Positions 22,186-33,057 of a stretch of 64,000 nucleotides of DNA are shown here, piece after piece (position 1 is the stretch's first letter; each line of letters begins with the position of its first letter). The DNA lies in contig JAQOWU010000008.1 in assembly GCA_030867685.1 (NCBI GenBank), forward strand, positions 682,001 to 746,000. The letters run 5' to 3'. The notes below the pieces were generated by a model. The model did not search any database. It saw only the letters and a list, made by a program, of their open reading frames with translations, and was not told where the DNA came from. This stretch comes from Wickerhamiella versatilis (taxonomy: Eukaryota). Both the position numbers and the translations under genes were made by a program.

Positions 22186-24300
22186 TTACTCTACCTGTTT
22201 TTTAATCCCTGCCTCATCGCCAGTACGGGTGTCTGATTTCTGAGGTTCAAGAATTTCGCTGAGCGGTTCGAGAACTCTGTCACTAAGTGACAGAACCTTA
22301 GAAACGCGTTGCTTGAGCGTTGCCTTGTCTGACTCCACAGTCATATCGTTAAAATGTATTATTGCACTATCTCCATCAATCGTGATTTTGGCTGTCGATT
22401 TGTCCTCACTGATTTCTAACGAATCACCAAAATGTGGCTTAAGAAGAGTGCAGAGGTCATCAATTTTGCTTTTGGGACTATGGTCATGTGCGTGTGGTTT
22501 GGTGCTAAGTTTGACTGATGCTCGTGACGTATCTACACCAAGAAGTACAGCAAGAACACTATCGGCCAAAGCATCATTAAGGGGAGAAGACTTCCACTCT
22601 ACAGAATAAATGTTACGCTCATAATGAATATTAACGCCATCCATGATTCGCCATCCATTCTCCAGGTCTACAACGTCTCCAAACATGCTGACTAGATGAT
22701 AGCGCACTAGCTCCGGTCCTGCATCTACTATAATTGACTGTCTATCCATGACATCAAGTTGGCTCAGCCCCGTATATTCACGAAGGTCCTTTTCACTAAC
22801 CAAGTTTAACTGGAAGTTGTGTTGAACCAAGAGCCCGCTTACATCATCTCCCGGATCAACTTCACGTGATGCCAATGTTCCAACCGTTCGAGCAATTTTA
22901 CGGGTTTTGAAAGGAATAGCCACCTCCACACAATTCCATGGATTGTAAACCTTAGTTTCCTGAGCAGTGCCCTTCAGTTTTGAGTATTTAGATAACAAAG
23001 CGGACTTCAGACGACCCATATTATTCGTCTCTCCGTGAACAAGAATAATATGTGGTGCTCCGACCAGGTCAATAAAATTAGTATTTTCTTTAAAGTCCAC
23101 ATGTGCCGCGAAAGATAGTTCATCAACGCTCATTCTCCGCGGAATGCGGATTTCAGGATTGGACAACGCTGGAATATCGGCTGGTTCCCGCATAATTTGG
23201 CGTGCCATTGTTCCCTCCACAGAATAACCAGTTATTATGAGGGCGTTTCGTGGATCGGGAGCCCATCGTTCCAACAGTTGGCGTGAAATGCCATTTTGAA
23301 GCATTCCGGGACTAGCCAAAATGACGCATGGCCCGACATCATCAAATCGATCTAGTGACCGCAGCGAAGTAATATGCTTGAAATTAAAAGGATTCGTCTT
23401 TGTCTCGTTAAACTTCTGACGAACATGGTCGTTCATCATATTGATAAACGTCTGATATACGGCCATACACTTACGAGCAAGTGACGATGCATAATAGATA
23501 GATATAGGCTCAAGTTCTGGATGTCCTTCCCAGTACTCGTCTAAAATGAGAAGCAGCTCCTGCGCTCGTCCAAGTGCAAATACCGGAAGTAAGCACCTTC
23601 CTCCTTTTTTAATTGTTCCATGTACTAGATTGAGCAACCGACTCTCTTTTTCAATCCGAGACTGATGCATACCCGTACCATAAGTTGACTCACAAATGAG
23701 GATATCTGGTTTTTCAGGAGGTACTTCCGCAATGTGAAGATGCCGATCCGTCTCCCGGGAATAATCTCCTGTGAAAAGTATACGCAATCCACTAATTTCG
23801 ATGAGGTACATTGCTGCGCCGAGAACATGACCAGCATGATAGGCAGTGAATTGTATTCCATCGACGTCAATAGTGCTGTAGAAGTCGATAGCCTCAATAC
23901 GACGAAACGAGGTGGCGAGATCATCGTCAGTGTATAGACCGCTTTGATCCTCAGGATCTGAAGATACTCTGACGAAATCATATAGGAGCCATCTATATAT
24001 CGCCTTAGTAGGATGGGTCATGAACACACGACCTTTGAAACCCGTGTGCTGCATCACATATGGCAAAGACGCGGCATGATCCAAGTGAAAGTGGCTAATG
24101 AGTAGAATATCAACGGTGCTCAGGTCAAATTCATCATAGAATGGAAGAGAGGCAATTCCAGAGTATGCGGGATGAACGCCAGCATCCAACATTACAGTCT
24201 TACCTTTATATTGAAGAATGTGACATGACCTTCCAACCTCAGAACCCCCACCAAGCGCTATGAATTTGAAGTCATCAGATGCTGCTGGTCTTTTGGACAT
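22186..24300 (-). CDS. YSH1: Pre-mRNA 3'-processing endonuclease Ysh1/CPSF73
   Basis: MBL motif SHFHLDH, AGHVLGAAM and beta-CASP motifs PVFALGRAQELL and SFAAHVD. Confidence 0.98.
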   Translation of the reverse strand: MSKRPAASDDFKFIALGGGSEVGRSCHILQYKGKTVMLDAGVHPAYSGIASLPFYDEFDLSTVDILLISHFHLDHAASLPYVMQHTGFKGRVFMTHPTKAIYRWLLYDFVRVSSDPEDQSGLYTDDDLATSFRRIEAIDFYSTIDVDGIQFTAYHAGHVLGAAMYLIEISGLRILFTGDYSRETDRHLHIAEVPPEKPDILICESTYGTGMHQSRIEKESRLLNLVHGTIKKGGRCLLPVFALGRAQELLLILDEYWEGHPELEPISIYYASSLARKCMAVYQTFINMMNDHVRQKFNETKTNPFNFKHITSLRSLDRFDDVGPCVILASPGMLQNGISRQLLERWAPDPRNALIITGYSVEGTMARQIMREPADIPALSNPEIRIPRRMSVDELSFAAHVDFKENTNFIDLVGAPHIILVHGETNNMGRLKSALLSKYSKLKGTAQETKVYNPWNCVEVAIPFKTRKIARTVGTLASREVDPGDDVSGLLVQHNFQLNLVSEKDLREYTGLSQLDVMDRQSIIVDAGPELVRYHLVSMFGDVVDLENGWRIMDGVNIHYERNIYSVEWKSSPLNDALADSVLAVLLGVDTSRASVKLSTKPHAHDHSPKSKIDDLCTLLKPHFGDSLEISEDKSTAKITIDGDSAIIHFNDMTVESDKATLKQRVSKVLSLSDRVLEPLSEILEPQKSDTRTGDEAGIKKQVE

Positions 24301-24384
24301 CCTATCTCGTGAAACGCCTAATGACTCAGCAAAAGTTCATTATATTTTAAAGATACCAAAGAAAGGATCCAATGTTCTAAGATT

Positions 24385-25005
24385 ATGAAAATATTAATTG
24401 CAGGCCCCGTGGGAAGTGGTCAGAATGAACTCTTATCGGAAATCACAAACGAACCTCACAAACACCAATCATGTGAAGGGTTGGTTTTACAACATGTATT
24501 CAAAAATAAATATTTCTCAGCCAGCTGTGGTATTTGGATTGACGAGTACACCAATGTATCAGAATGGTGTGCAGAATTTCGCTCAGATGAAGCTGCAGAA
24601 GTGAGGGAAGCACTTTTGATGTTCATCTTTACGTTTGGACCAAATGACGTTGATAGCGAAAAATTAAAAACTTTCCTAGACAAGCTTCGGCCGGACCAGC
24701 CCGCATATGCAGTGCCCCTTAATGGTATTTCTTCCGTGACAAGCGAGGTCATGGCCAAACTTGAAACTGCTGGCTTTGACGTAGTCGACCGCAATGATGT
24801 GAAGGCCCATGTTGATACTGCACTTTATGACGCTATTAATGAGAATGGCAGTGATGGACATGAAGAGTTGCCTAATGAGCAATATGATGCTGATGATTTA
24901 GATAGTATTATGGAAGAACTCAGATCCGCACGTGGGTCCTCCACAATGACGAACGAAGAGAAGGAAACACTTGCAAATAAAATAGCAGAACGTCTAGTTA
25001 TCTAA
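24385..25005 (+). CDS. IRC6: Adaptin-binding protein Irc6 (p34/AAGAB family)
   Basis: Degenerate P-loop N-terminus, KNKYF...IWIDEY...W..EF.SDEA.EVREAL, and C-terminal helical adaptin-binding segment. Confidence 0.75.
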   Translation: MKILIAGPVGSGQNELLSEITNEPHKHQSCEGLVLQHVFKNKYFSASCGIWIDEYTNVSEWCAEFRSDEAAEVREALLMFIFTFGPNDVDSEKLKTFLDKLRPDQPAYAVPLNGISSVTSEVMAKLETAGFDVVDRNDVKAHVDTALYDAINENGSDGHEELPNEQYDADDLDSIMEELRSARGSSTMTNEEKETLANKIAERLVI

Positions 25006-25625
25006 TTATTCTTTTTTGCTTGCTGACCACGAAGTTTCTGCATGACCTTCTGTCTCTGCTTGAACATATGTGAGAAGAGAACATAGAACGAAGGTGGATA
25101 GATTATCAGCAGAAGCTTCAGGAACAGCTCATAATATGGATGCAAGAAAGCGGCATAGGGTAGTGCAAGATAGACAAGAAAAGCTTCCGAAGAAGCCCCA
25201 ATTGGATAAAGAATAATGAAAGCATTGTATCGAGCTAATTCCAACCACTTTGGGACACCTCCTCGAAGAGAATACCAATAGTAAGGGTAACGGATTGTCT
25301 CAGTCAGAGACCAGGCAAGGATCATTACACTAAACGTTGGAATAGCTGCTACCTGAGGAAATAAACGAACCACACCCCAAATCAAGACCACACGTGATGC
25401 GACCTGCATAGCTGTAGTTATAACACCTGAACGTACTATACCCAAAATAGAGTGTAATACCTCAAATAACGCGCCTAGCTGAACCCAAGACACAAACTCT
25501 GACATGGATTCAGACAAGAACTCTGGGCCCAGCAAGGGATACGAAATGGTCAAGCGAAGCAACACAACACCCCATAAAGCACCACTAAAGGCGTTATAGC
25601 ACTCAAGATACTTTTTTGCCTGCAT
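25002..25625 (-). CDS. PHS1: Very-long-chain 3-hydroxyacyl-CoA dehydratase Phs1 (PTPLA/HACD)
   Basis: MQVASRV, WSLTETIRYPYY, RYNAFIILYPIGASSE catalytic region, and C-terminal KKxx ER-retrieval signal (KKNN). Confidence 0.95.
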   Translation of the reverse strand: MQAKKYLECYNAFSGALWGVVLLRLTISYPLLGPEFLSESMSEFVSWVQLGALFEVLHSILGIVRSGVITTAMQVASRVVLIWGVVRLFPQVAAIPTFSVMILAWSLTETIRYPYYWYSLRGGVPKWLELARYNAFIILYPIGASSEAFLVYLALPYAAFLHPYYELFLKLLLIIYPPSFYVLFSHMFKQRQKVMQKLRGQQAKKNN

Positions 25626-25675
25626 GCGGCGTCCCTAGAAAATAGCTTAGTCGTCAAGATCAAGTGGGGGTGGGT

Positions 25676-27949
25676 ATGCCCGCGCTTAATGCGTTCTCAG
25701 TTCTTACCCCGGAGCGTGTTGAGACCCCCGTGTCTTCATTAAAACAAAATGTTGACCCTATCGAGTCGCATGCCAAAAATCTCGAATACTGGAACTCTGG
25801 GGCGACATTGGATATTGGAAGAGAGCTTCTTAAGCAAAATCCTGATATTAACGCAATATTTTCTCTTATATTACCTTTTCTGAAACCACTTGAGCTTCTC
25901 AAAATGACTGAGGTATCGAAAAAGACTCGAGAAGTTGCATGCGCGGATTCTTTATGGGGTCCTGTTCTGAGCTATCTGGGAGTCAACAATAATGATGCGA
26001 TGGCATATGCGTATTTCAACTCACTAGGCTGTCATTACGCACATATTTCATTATCCGGTACACTCGAAAGTCAGGCAAAAGAACTCGATAAGGCACAAAA
26101 TTTCTTGAGACGCTGTGCTGTCGATGACAATAAGGTTGAAGCAGAGCAGATGGCTCTACAGATCAGGGCATTGGGAGCTGCAGCAGAAGGCTTCGAGAAT
26201 GGTGATCAGAAATTATTAAATGATGCGGTTGCTGCCTTCAAAGTATGGAATGATTCGGAACTTCTCGTCGATCTTTTTCTTGATACGCTGAATTTAAAAC
26301 TTGAAGGGACTATGGATCCTTCGGGAGCACTATCACAACAACTTGAAGAAAGCTTCAAGGCTTTATTTGAGCGACTGCGCTATGCGCATAGTAGTTGTAA
26401 AGCTCTCCCATTTGAAGGAGTCTGGGAGGCGGTTCAGAATCGTGCAGTTACCGTTGTAGCAAAAGAAATCCATGAAATAATTGAAAAATCACAATATAAC
26501 GAACAGTGCTATTGGGAGGCCGTACCGAATTTATTTCAAACTATCGTAAGAGGCGTATCGCAACTCCAGGACATTGGCATATCTCGCGACTTCATGATAA
26601 ATGATATTGCTCAAGGTCTTTTGATACCATATCTAGAGTCTCAAGTTATGGAGTTTCGTAGATTGTCCTCCGAACAAGTTGATAAATGGTCGGAAAATGT
26701 GTTTGCCCAAGAAGATGCCAAAGAAAAGAGAATTTGGAGTCATGTACCAAAAAAAGCTGAGAAAAAGAATTTTATAAATTCTTTTATGAATGCATTCTCT
26801 ACAGCTTCAGCTGTAGAGTCGGATCCATCTGTGAGTGAGGAAACATCTCGTAAGGTGCTTCAAGGTACAGCAGGTCCCAAAACATACTTCGAAGCTCAAA
26901 CAGCAGTTCTTGCCTCAAGACTGGAACAAATTGATAGTTTGGTTAGCATCGATGTGACTATCAAAATTCTTGACGATGCGAGGAAAGTATTTCGCCGGTT
27001 GAAACAACTAGATGGATTGCTGTCTGATCATCAATTGATTGCGAATACAGCAGAAGAAATTTTCACGACAACTCTAGATGTCTTATGTTGGCGGCACATT
27101 AGGACTGCGTTTTCAAGGGCGCTTCATATTTTGCAGGAATATGACCCGAAACAGCATGGAAGACTTCTAGTTGAGGATGGTGAGCAAAATTCTGCGGTAG
27201 AGCCACTCGCGATATACGCAGAGATGGTTCATGTCGCCGACATTGTACAGCAGATGATTCATGCTCTTTTCGAGAAGGAGCTAGTGGAATCTGGCTACGT
27301 CAGAAGCAATGACTTTGGCGCACCGAGCGTCACGGCAAAAAGAAAATTTGAGCACATGCTTGATGATAACTTTGCTGAAGGACTTAATCGTGGCATTAAC
27401 ATTTTAATGGAGCAGGTGGAGTTTGTACTCGTCACAGAACAGTTAGGATCGGACTATAATCCGACTCCAGGTACCCCGCCTCAAATTGGTCCAACGGCTG
27501 CGGCAAAACGTGTTGTATCTCTTGTAAATTTTCACCTGCATATGCTGCATGATTCGATTGAGCGGCATCTATTTGATGTCTTTCAAGAGGAGGTCGGACT
27601 AAGGCTATATACCTCACTGGGAAAGCATCTAAAACGGCAGACCATCAGCCTAGATGGAGCAATCACAGTTATCTCAGATATTAATTACTATTACGAATTT
27701 GCCTTGTCTCTAAGACAGCGGGCGATCTATCCTTACTATGAAGCACTGAAGCAGGTGGCACAGCTATATTTGATTGATACCCATGATGCTAAGCAAATTG
27801 GCCGAGCCATTAATGATATATCTCGCTTTAAAGGTATGATCACGACTGACGAACTTCTTGAATTTGTTCAAAGCCGTAAGGACTGGACCCAGATTAGGTC
27901 CAAGGTTGAGCGTGTGCTGTATGGATTCACCGAGTGCATTATTGTTTGA
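25676..27949 (+). CDS. RCY1: Recyclin Rcy1 (degenerate F-box plus Sec10-like domain, C-terminal CAAX)
   Basis: First ATG at 25676. F-box-like IFSLILPFLKP...ADSLW, KFEHMLDD.FAEGLNRGI and KHLKRQTIS; ends in CIIV. Confidence 0.85.
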   Translation: MPALNAFSVLTPERVETPVSSLKQNVDPIESHAKNLEYWNSGATLDIGRELLKQNPDINAIFSLILPFLKPLELLKMTEVSKKTREVACADSLWGPVLSYLGVNNNDAMAYAYFNSLGCHYAHISLSGTLESQAKELDKAQNFLRRCAVDDNKVEAEQMALQIRALGAAAEGFENGDQKLLNDAVAAFKVWNDSELLVDLFLDTLNLKLEGTMDPSGALSQQLEESFKALFERLRYAHSSCKALPFEGVWEAVQNRAVTVVAKEIHEIIEKSQYNEQCYWEAVPNLFQTIVRGVSQLQDIGISRDFMINDIAQGLLIPYLESQVMEFRRLSSEQVDKWSENVFAQEDAKEKRIWSHVPKKAEKKNFINSFMNAFSTASAVESDPSVSEETSRKVLQGTAGPKTYFEAQTAVLASRLEQIDSLVSIDVTIKILDDARKVFRRLKQLDGLLSDHQLIANTAEEIFTTTLDVLCWRHIRTAFSRALHILQEYDPKQHGRLLVEDGEQNSAVEPLAIYAEMVHVADIVQQMIHALFEKELVESGYVRSNDFGAPSVTAKRKFEHMLDDNFAEGLNRGINILMEQVEFVLVTEQLGSDYNPTPGTPPQIGPTAAAKRVVSLVNFHLHMLHDSIERHLFDVFQEEVGLRLYTSLGKHLKRQTISLDGAITVISDINYYYEFALSLRQRAIYPYYEALKQVAQLYLIDTHDAKQIGRAINDISRFKGMITTDELLEFVQSRKDWTQIRSKVERVLYGFTECIIV

Positions 27950-28751
27950 CAGTAGAATATTGGTTGAAAGTTCTTAGCCTCGGAAGTTTCGAGACGTGAT
28001 GAAAATTCTCGAAACCAATCAGCTGAAGTTCTTCCAAGCAATCAGACCCTAGTTTCAATGGTAGCCAATTAACTCTCTGGCCAATTAATAGATTCAGATG
28101 TAGACACTTTAACGTTGCTGGAGGATGTGAAGCCTCCCATTCGAGTCTTTCTGACCACGCAAACCACCGGAAATTTTCAGATATTGTGATTTTCAAAGTG
28201 GTCAATAGACCCACACCTGAGATATTATTAGGAAAATTCCAAACACAATCGTATAACTCAACCTCTTTCAATCTATGCATTGGTTGTGGCGGCATTTCTA
28301 AAGAGCAATTACTCAGAGATATTACCTCCAAGTCAGGAAAGCTCGGGGCTAGATGGGAAAAATCAAACTCGCGCAGCGTTGTATCAACTGCTCGAATCTC
28401 CAACTTCCTGATGTTGGAAAGTGCTCCGATATATTTTAACCAACCGCTGGACTGTGATATGTAAGTTATATACAACGACGTCCAATGCGGAGCCAGGTCG
28501 ACTAAACGGAGTAGTTTTGGACTCTGGTACCATTCACCGCGTGCAGTATGCGGCTTTATGTGGAGGTGTTCCATTTTTGGGAAGCTGAGCTGCTCAATTT
28601 CGTCCCATGTGGCGTAGACGCGACGGTAGACACAAGGCCCTATTAGTTCGTGAAAGTGCTGAGATGTCAAATCAAGGTTCTGCAAACTAATACTGTCAAG
28701 CTGAAGACATACCGTGAGAAGGATTTCACCTGGAAGTGTCTCTAAAGACAT
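27939..28751 (-). CDS. F-box / LRR-like protein of unknown function
   Basis: ATG at 28751 gives MSLETLPGEILLTVCLQLD (F-box), followed by LxxLxL repeats. Confidence 0.7.
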   Translation of the reverse strand: MSLETLPGEILLTVCLQLDSISLQNLDLTSQHFHELIGPCVYRRVYATWDEIEQLSFPKMEHLHIKPHTARGEWYQSPKLLRLVDLAPHWTSLYITYISQSSGWLKYIGALSNIRKLEIRAVDTTLREFDFSHLAPSFPDLEVISLSNCSLEMPPQPMHRLKEVELYDCVWNFPNNISGVGLLTTLKITISENFRWFAWSERLEWEASHPPATLKCLHLNLLIGQRVNWLPLKLGSDCLEELQLIGFENFHHVSKLPRLRTFNQYSTVKQ

Positions 28752-28792
28752 CAATCAGACATCGGTAGTTTCAATTACAGCCAATTAGAAAT

Positions 28793-28802
28793 ATCACGTG
28801 AC
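28793..28802. promoter_or_regulatory. Cbf1/bHLH-type E-box ATCACGTGAC
   Basis: Exact RTCACGTG core about 40 nt upstream of the F-box gene ATG. Confidence 0.45.
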
Positions 28803-29146
28803 AGTAATGTAATGTTGTGTCTAGCAGCCAGCCATTACCTATTGATTTTTTTTGGAACGGCTGGATGATGTGGTTTCAATACATTTACTGATATACATTG
28901 GAAGCTCACATAGCTAAATGATGATACCTAGGGTCACATACCACTGTTCTTGAGAAGAAAAGGGCTATCTCTGAGTCGATACGAGCACCATTCATCGATA
29001 TTTAGTGATATTAGCAATCATAAGGATTATCTTCATCATTTTGTTAGCGTCTGAAACTTAGCTATGTTATTCCTCGAAAAGGTTAAAGCAGTTTTGCCCC
29101 CCCTGTCTTTTAAACGAATGACAATTTGAACCATTTGTCCTGCATA

Positions 29147-29332
29147 ACCTGGACGGTACTCAGAACGTTTGCCCATGACGTCGTCCTATAGCACGCGGTT
29201 AACGTGCTGGTGACGAGAGTTATTCCGAATAAGATTAAATCTCAATTACAAATTTACTAGTGATTTCCATTTGGATTAAAGCCAAAGGTACTGAAACTGG
29301 TATATCACAACTGCCATTTAGTCCGTGAAGGT
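29147..29332. promoter_or_regulatory. Putative zinc-responsive (Zap1 ZRE-like) elements upstream of ZRT1
   Basis: ACCTGGACGGT (29147-29157) and TCCGTGAAGGT (29322-29332) resemble the ACCTTNAAGGT consensus. Confidence 0.4.
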
Positions 29333-29416
29333 ACCCTATGAGTTACTAGGGAAAGGGTATAAAATTGATTTATCCTTTTTAAGTGTTTAGACGAGCGTTC
29401 TTTGGTACAGTCTGGT

Positions 29417-30652
29417 ATGTCTGGTATTCCAGCCAACTGGACAGAGTCTAGTGCAGATTTTAATGTTTCTTCTAGTCCATGGTGGAAGCAGTGGAATCCA
29501 TATGTAGTGCCGCTGGTTTATAGTGATGAGCTTTCAGACACTGTTTCTGACACCTACGGTACTTATGCGCCAGACGATACATGGAAAACGTGCTTTCTCC
29601 AAGGGACATATGGTGCCGAGTCTGGGTATAATGGAAGTATGGGTGGGCGGATATCTGCGGTGTTTGTGATTCTTGTCACATCTTTGACTGCAACAATTTT
29701 CCCTGTTTTGGCCAAACAGTACCCCAAATTGCGAATCCCGGAGTGGGTTTACATGGTCACACGCCATTTCGGATCGGGGGTTATCATTACCACAGCATTC
29801 ATACATCTCATGGATCCTGCATATTCTGAAATTGGACCACAATCATGTGTTGGCTCAACATGGTCTTCGCGTGGAGTAAATTCGGACTACTCCTGGTGCC
29901 CAGCTATAATGCTTACATCTGCCGTGGTGACTTTCATTATCGATGCCTACTGCGACTTCATAGCGGACGTCAAGTTTAATACCCACGGACACGGTGATGA
30001 CACTTCTGGTTTCGTGGGCTCAGGGAGCTCTGGTGTGCATGATCACGAGCATGGACATGAAAACACTATTCCTCTCGGATTGGATGGGAATGAACTCCTC
30101 GAGAAAGGAGAGAAAAATTCAATCGCAGACACAGATAGTTTTAGCGATGAGGAGGCTCGTCAGGATTTCTGGTCACAGATTGCTGGGTTTCTTGTGCTTG
30201 AATTTGGCGTTCTCTTTCATTCAGTGATGATCGGTCTCGATCTAGGGAGCAGTGAGGAATACGCAAAACTTTACCCAGTACTAGTATTCCACCAGGCATT
30301 TGAAGGCCTGGGTATAGGCTCTCGAATGTCGTCAATTCCGTTCCCAGACAGTAAAAAAATCTGGCCATATTTATTTGCCCTGGCCTATGGACTCTGTACC
30401 CCGATCGCAATAGCCATCGGTATCGGTGTGCGCACCAGTTATGCTGGAGATGGATATAAGGCAACCCTAATTACGGGCGTGCTAGATTCTATATCTGCAG
30501 GCATTCTGCTGTATACTGGTATGGTGGAACTTATTGGACGTGACTTTATGTTCAACCCAAGACGTACTCGTAATATTTGGGTTCTGACCCTTCAGCTTTT
30601 CTGCTTCCTGTGGGGAGTTGGTCTGATGGCATTGCTCGGCAAATGGGCTTAA
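29417..30652 (+). CDS. ZRT1: High-affinity ZIP zinc transporter Zrt1
   Basis: First ATG at 29417. PWWKQWNP...PDDTWKTCFLQG, FGSGVIITTAFIHL, His-rich loop, LEFGVLFHSVMIG and FHQAFEGLGIG. Confidence 0.93.
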   Translation: MSGIPANWTESSADFNVSSSPWWKQWNPYVVPLVYSDELSDTVSDTYGTYAPDDTWKTCFLQGTYGAESGYNGSMGGRISAVFVILVTSLTATIFPVLAKQYPKLRIPEWVYMVTRHFGSGVIITTAFIHLMDPAYSEIGPQSCVGSTWSSRGVNSDYSWCPAIMLTSAVVTFIIDAYCDFIADVKFNTHGHGDDTSGFVGSGSSGVHDHEHGHENTIPLGLDGNELLEKGEKNSIADTDSFSDEEARQDFWSQIAGFLVLEFGVLFHSVMIGLDLGSSEEYAKLYPVLVFHQAFEGLGIGSRMSSIPFPDSKKIWPYLFALAYGLCTPIAIAIGIGVRTSYAGDGYKATLITGVLDSISAGILLYTGMVELIGRDFMFNPRRTRNIWVLTLQLFCFLWGVGLMALLGKWA

Positions 30653-31196
30653 TTAATTGAGAGCCCAGGTTCTCTTTAATTTAATGTAATTTCACATATT
30701 TTAATGCTGCAGCTTTTCCAGCTAGGAATTTAAATAAAAAATTGAAGGTATGACAATATATGCATACAAATTTGGAACATGAAAAAAGTGATTTACCAGG
30801 CTTGCCATACCGTAATCGGTGCCATGGCAATGTCAAATCTCTTTTAGGTCAATTTAGTCGCCGCAAGGGCATACTATGCACGTCTGATATACTGCGGGTA
30901 GTTAAAATATTAAAAATCTATATAACGACATTTTTTTTTCTTTTAAAAAAAATTTATCCATGTACTGGTATCTCAAATATACGGGGCATACCACGCGCGC
31001 CTGAAGGCGCATGGAACCGCCCTAACCCACTACTCACATTCCGCCCGCTTGTGCTTCTTCTTCCTTCCCAAACACGATACGCTCACAGAGAAACTTCACA
31101 AGAGACCCCACGTAATCTGTCATTGGATAGACACAACATTCAAGATCTTTTAACCTTAGAGCATCTTGCAATTTGGGTTATTCTTGCTGTTCAAAC

Positions 31197-32867
31197 ATGA
31201 GCGACGACGTTGCCTCTGGAGCTCGCCAGAGCAAGCTCGTGAATTCACTCTCTTCTGTACACCTTCCCCCACCTAGTTCAGCCCAATTTCAAACTGCTAT
31301 TCGTCGAGAACCGCTTTCTGACCATACGAACATGGTCCGAACTCCTCAGTCAATGCCGCGTCCGGCCACTATAGGAATTGAGAAGATGTCGGAATTTGCA
31401 CCAACCCGGCAGTTGTCCCAACAACAAATGCCGTTTATGCTATCTCCAGACCAATCTCCTAGGTTTGTAGGCGTGGCACCGCCAGCCCACGTCATGAGTC
31501 CATCACCTTATCCCCCATCTCGCCCTTCGAGTTCCCCACTGATTCCTGTCTCGCAAAAAGGCGGCTGGCGTGATTTTGATGTATCTGGTGGAGCCACGGC
31601 GCCAGGACAGCATTCTCCTAATAACTTCATCCCGCTTCCTGAGCAAATGCCTGAGATTCACGATGATGGTGAAAAGCCGCCGTACTCGTACGCAACGCTT
31701 ATCGGCATGGCGATTCTGAGGGCGCCGGAACGTCGGCTCACGCTGTCGCAAATATACGCGTGGATAAATGATACGTTTAGTTGGTACCGGCATTCGAAAT
31801 CCGGTTGGCAAAATTCGATACGTCATAATTTAAGCTTGAATAAAGCATTCGTCAAGCAGCATCGTCCCAAGGGAGATCCAGGCAAAGGTAACTATTGGAT
31901 GCTTGTCGAAGGTAGTGAACAACAGTTCCTCCGCCCTAAGCCTCCTAAACGATCCGAAATTCCGCATCAGATTCCAGTTCCCCCGAACGTGCCTGCCACC
32001 ACGCGTGGAGGCCCCATACCAATGCTGCATGTATCCGAGTACTCCCAGAGAGTTACCGGCCCCCCCACCATGGATTCATTTTCTAATACTCCCCAAAGGC
32101 CAGCTACAGCAATAGGGTTCGTAAACGGTGATCGTGAGACGGATCCCTTTGCCGTTGAATCACCAGGGCTATATACTCAGTCTGCAGCTACGTCTCAAGG
32201 GAGTGCCATACTACTGGAAAGGTCCGCTGGAAATCCTGCAAGCGACGAGGAGCCTTCCACGCCGAAAGAATCGGAGGACCAGGATACACCGCTTAAGCAA
32301 GAAGGTTTGCGAGCGCCGGAATCTCTCTCGAATATGCCTAAAAAGCGCAAAGTTGCTCTCGACGATGTTCCCACGCCGCAATTAGAACCCTGGTGGGACG
32401 TATCCTCTATAAGTACGAGACAGTCACCGGTGAAGAACCCTGGCAACACTGTGGTAGAAGCCAATAATACGACTCCAGTCAAAAAGTTGCATTCTTTACC
32501 AGCGAAGGGCCTTCTAGCACCTCCCGTGTTGGCCACTTCCTCTTCTGCATCCCCTGATACTTCCCTTCGAGACCATAGGGCTGCAGTAGCTCAGTACACA
32601 CGCCCATCTTTCGAGATGCAATCTTTGTTAAGCGAAGACTCGCCTGAGCGACGAAGGCTGCCAAAACCTAGTGCTTACGATCCTACTATTGAGTCAACCA
32701 CCGAGTCTCTGGGGTCTACAGCTGACTTCAGCGACCACTTAACGACGCCAAAGGTAGTATTGACTCCAATTCGTAGACCATTTGATACCCCTATTCGTGA
32801 TCAGACTCATGTGTTCAGCCCTATAAGACAGCGGCCTACCTATTCAGGATCCCCTCGAAGAAGCTGA
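31197..32867 (+). CDS. HCM1: Forkhead transcription factor, Hcm1/Sep1 type
   Basis: First ATG at 31197. [28 protein letters not shown]...[15 protein letters not shown]; no FHA domain; many S/T-P sites. Confidence 0.8.
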   Translation: MSDDVASGARQSKLVNSLSSVHLPPPSSAQFQTAIRREPLSDHTNMVRTPQSMPRPATIGIEKMSEFAPTRQLSQQQMPFMLSPDQSPRFVGVAPPAHVMSPSPYPPSRPSSSPLIPVSQKGGWRDFDVSGGATAPGQHSPNNFIPLPEQMPEIHDDGEKPPYSYATLIGMAILRAPERRLTLSQIYAWINDTFSWYRHSKSGWQNSIRHNLSLNKAFVKQHRPKGDPGKGNYWMLVEGSEQQFLRPKPPKRSEIPHQIPVPPNVPATTRGGPIPMLHVSEYSQRVTGPPTMDSFSNTPQRPATAIGFVNGDRETDPFAVESPGLYTQSAATSQGSAILLERSAGNPASDEEPSTPKESEDQDTPLKQEGLRAPESLSNMPKKRKVALDDVPTPQLEPWWDVSSISTRQSPVKNPGNTVVEANNTTPVKKLHSLPAKGLLAPPVLATSSSASPDTSLRDHRAAVAQYTRPSFEMQSLLSEDSPERRRLPKPSAYDPTIESTTESLGSTADFSDHLTTPKVVLTPIRRPFDTPIRDQTHVFSPIRQRPTYSGSPRRS

Positions 32868-33057
32868 GGTGATACCTGTCAATTTCTTATTATAAGTTAT
32901 TTTGCAGCAGCACGAAGACTCGTGTTAGTTAATTTTGAACTAGTTCTACAGAGATATAATTTTGTTTCGACCGTAATTACATCATGAATCAATTTCATTG
33001 GGAACTCTACGCTTGGCCCATTATTTAAATAAGTTGAGGGTACCAATGCAGTTTTTT

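Noticed and set aside
30760-31200. 146-aa ORF upstream of HCM1
   Set aside because: Runs through poly-T/poly-A tracts and promoter motifs; composition is not protein-like.
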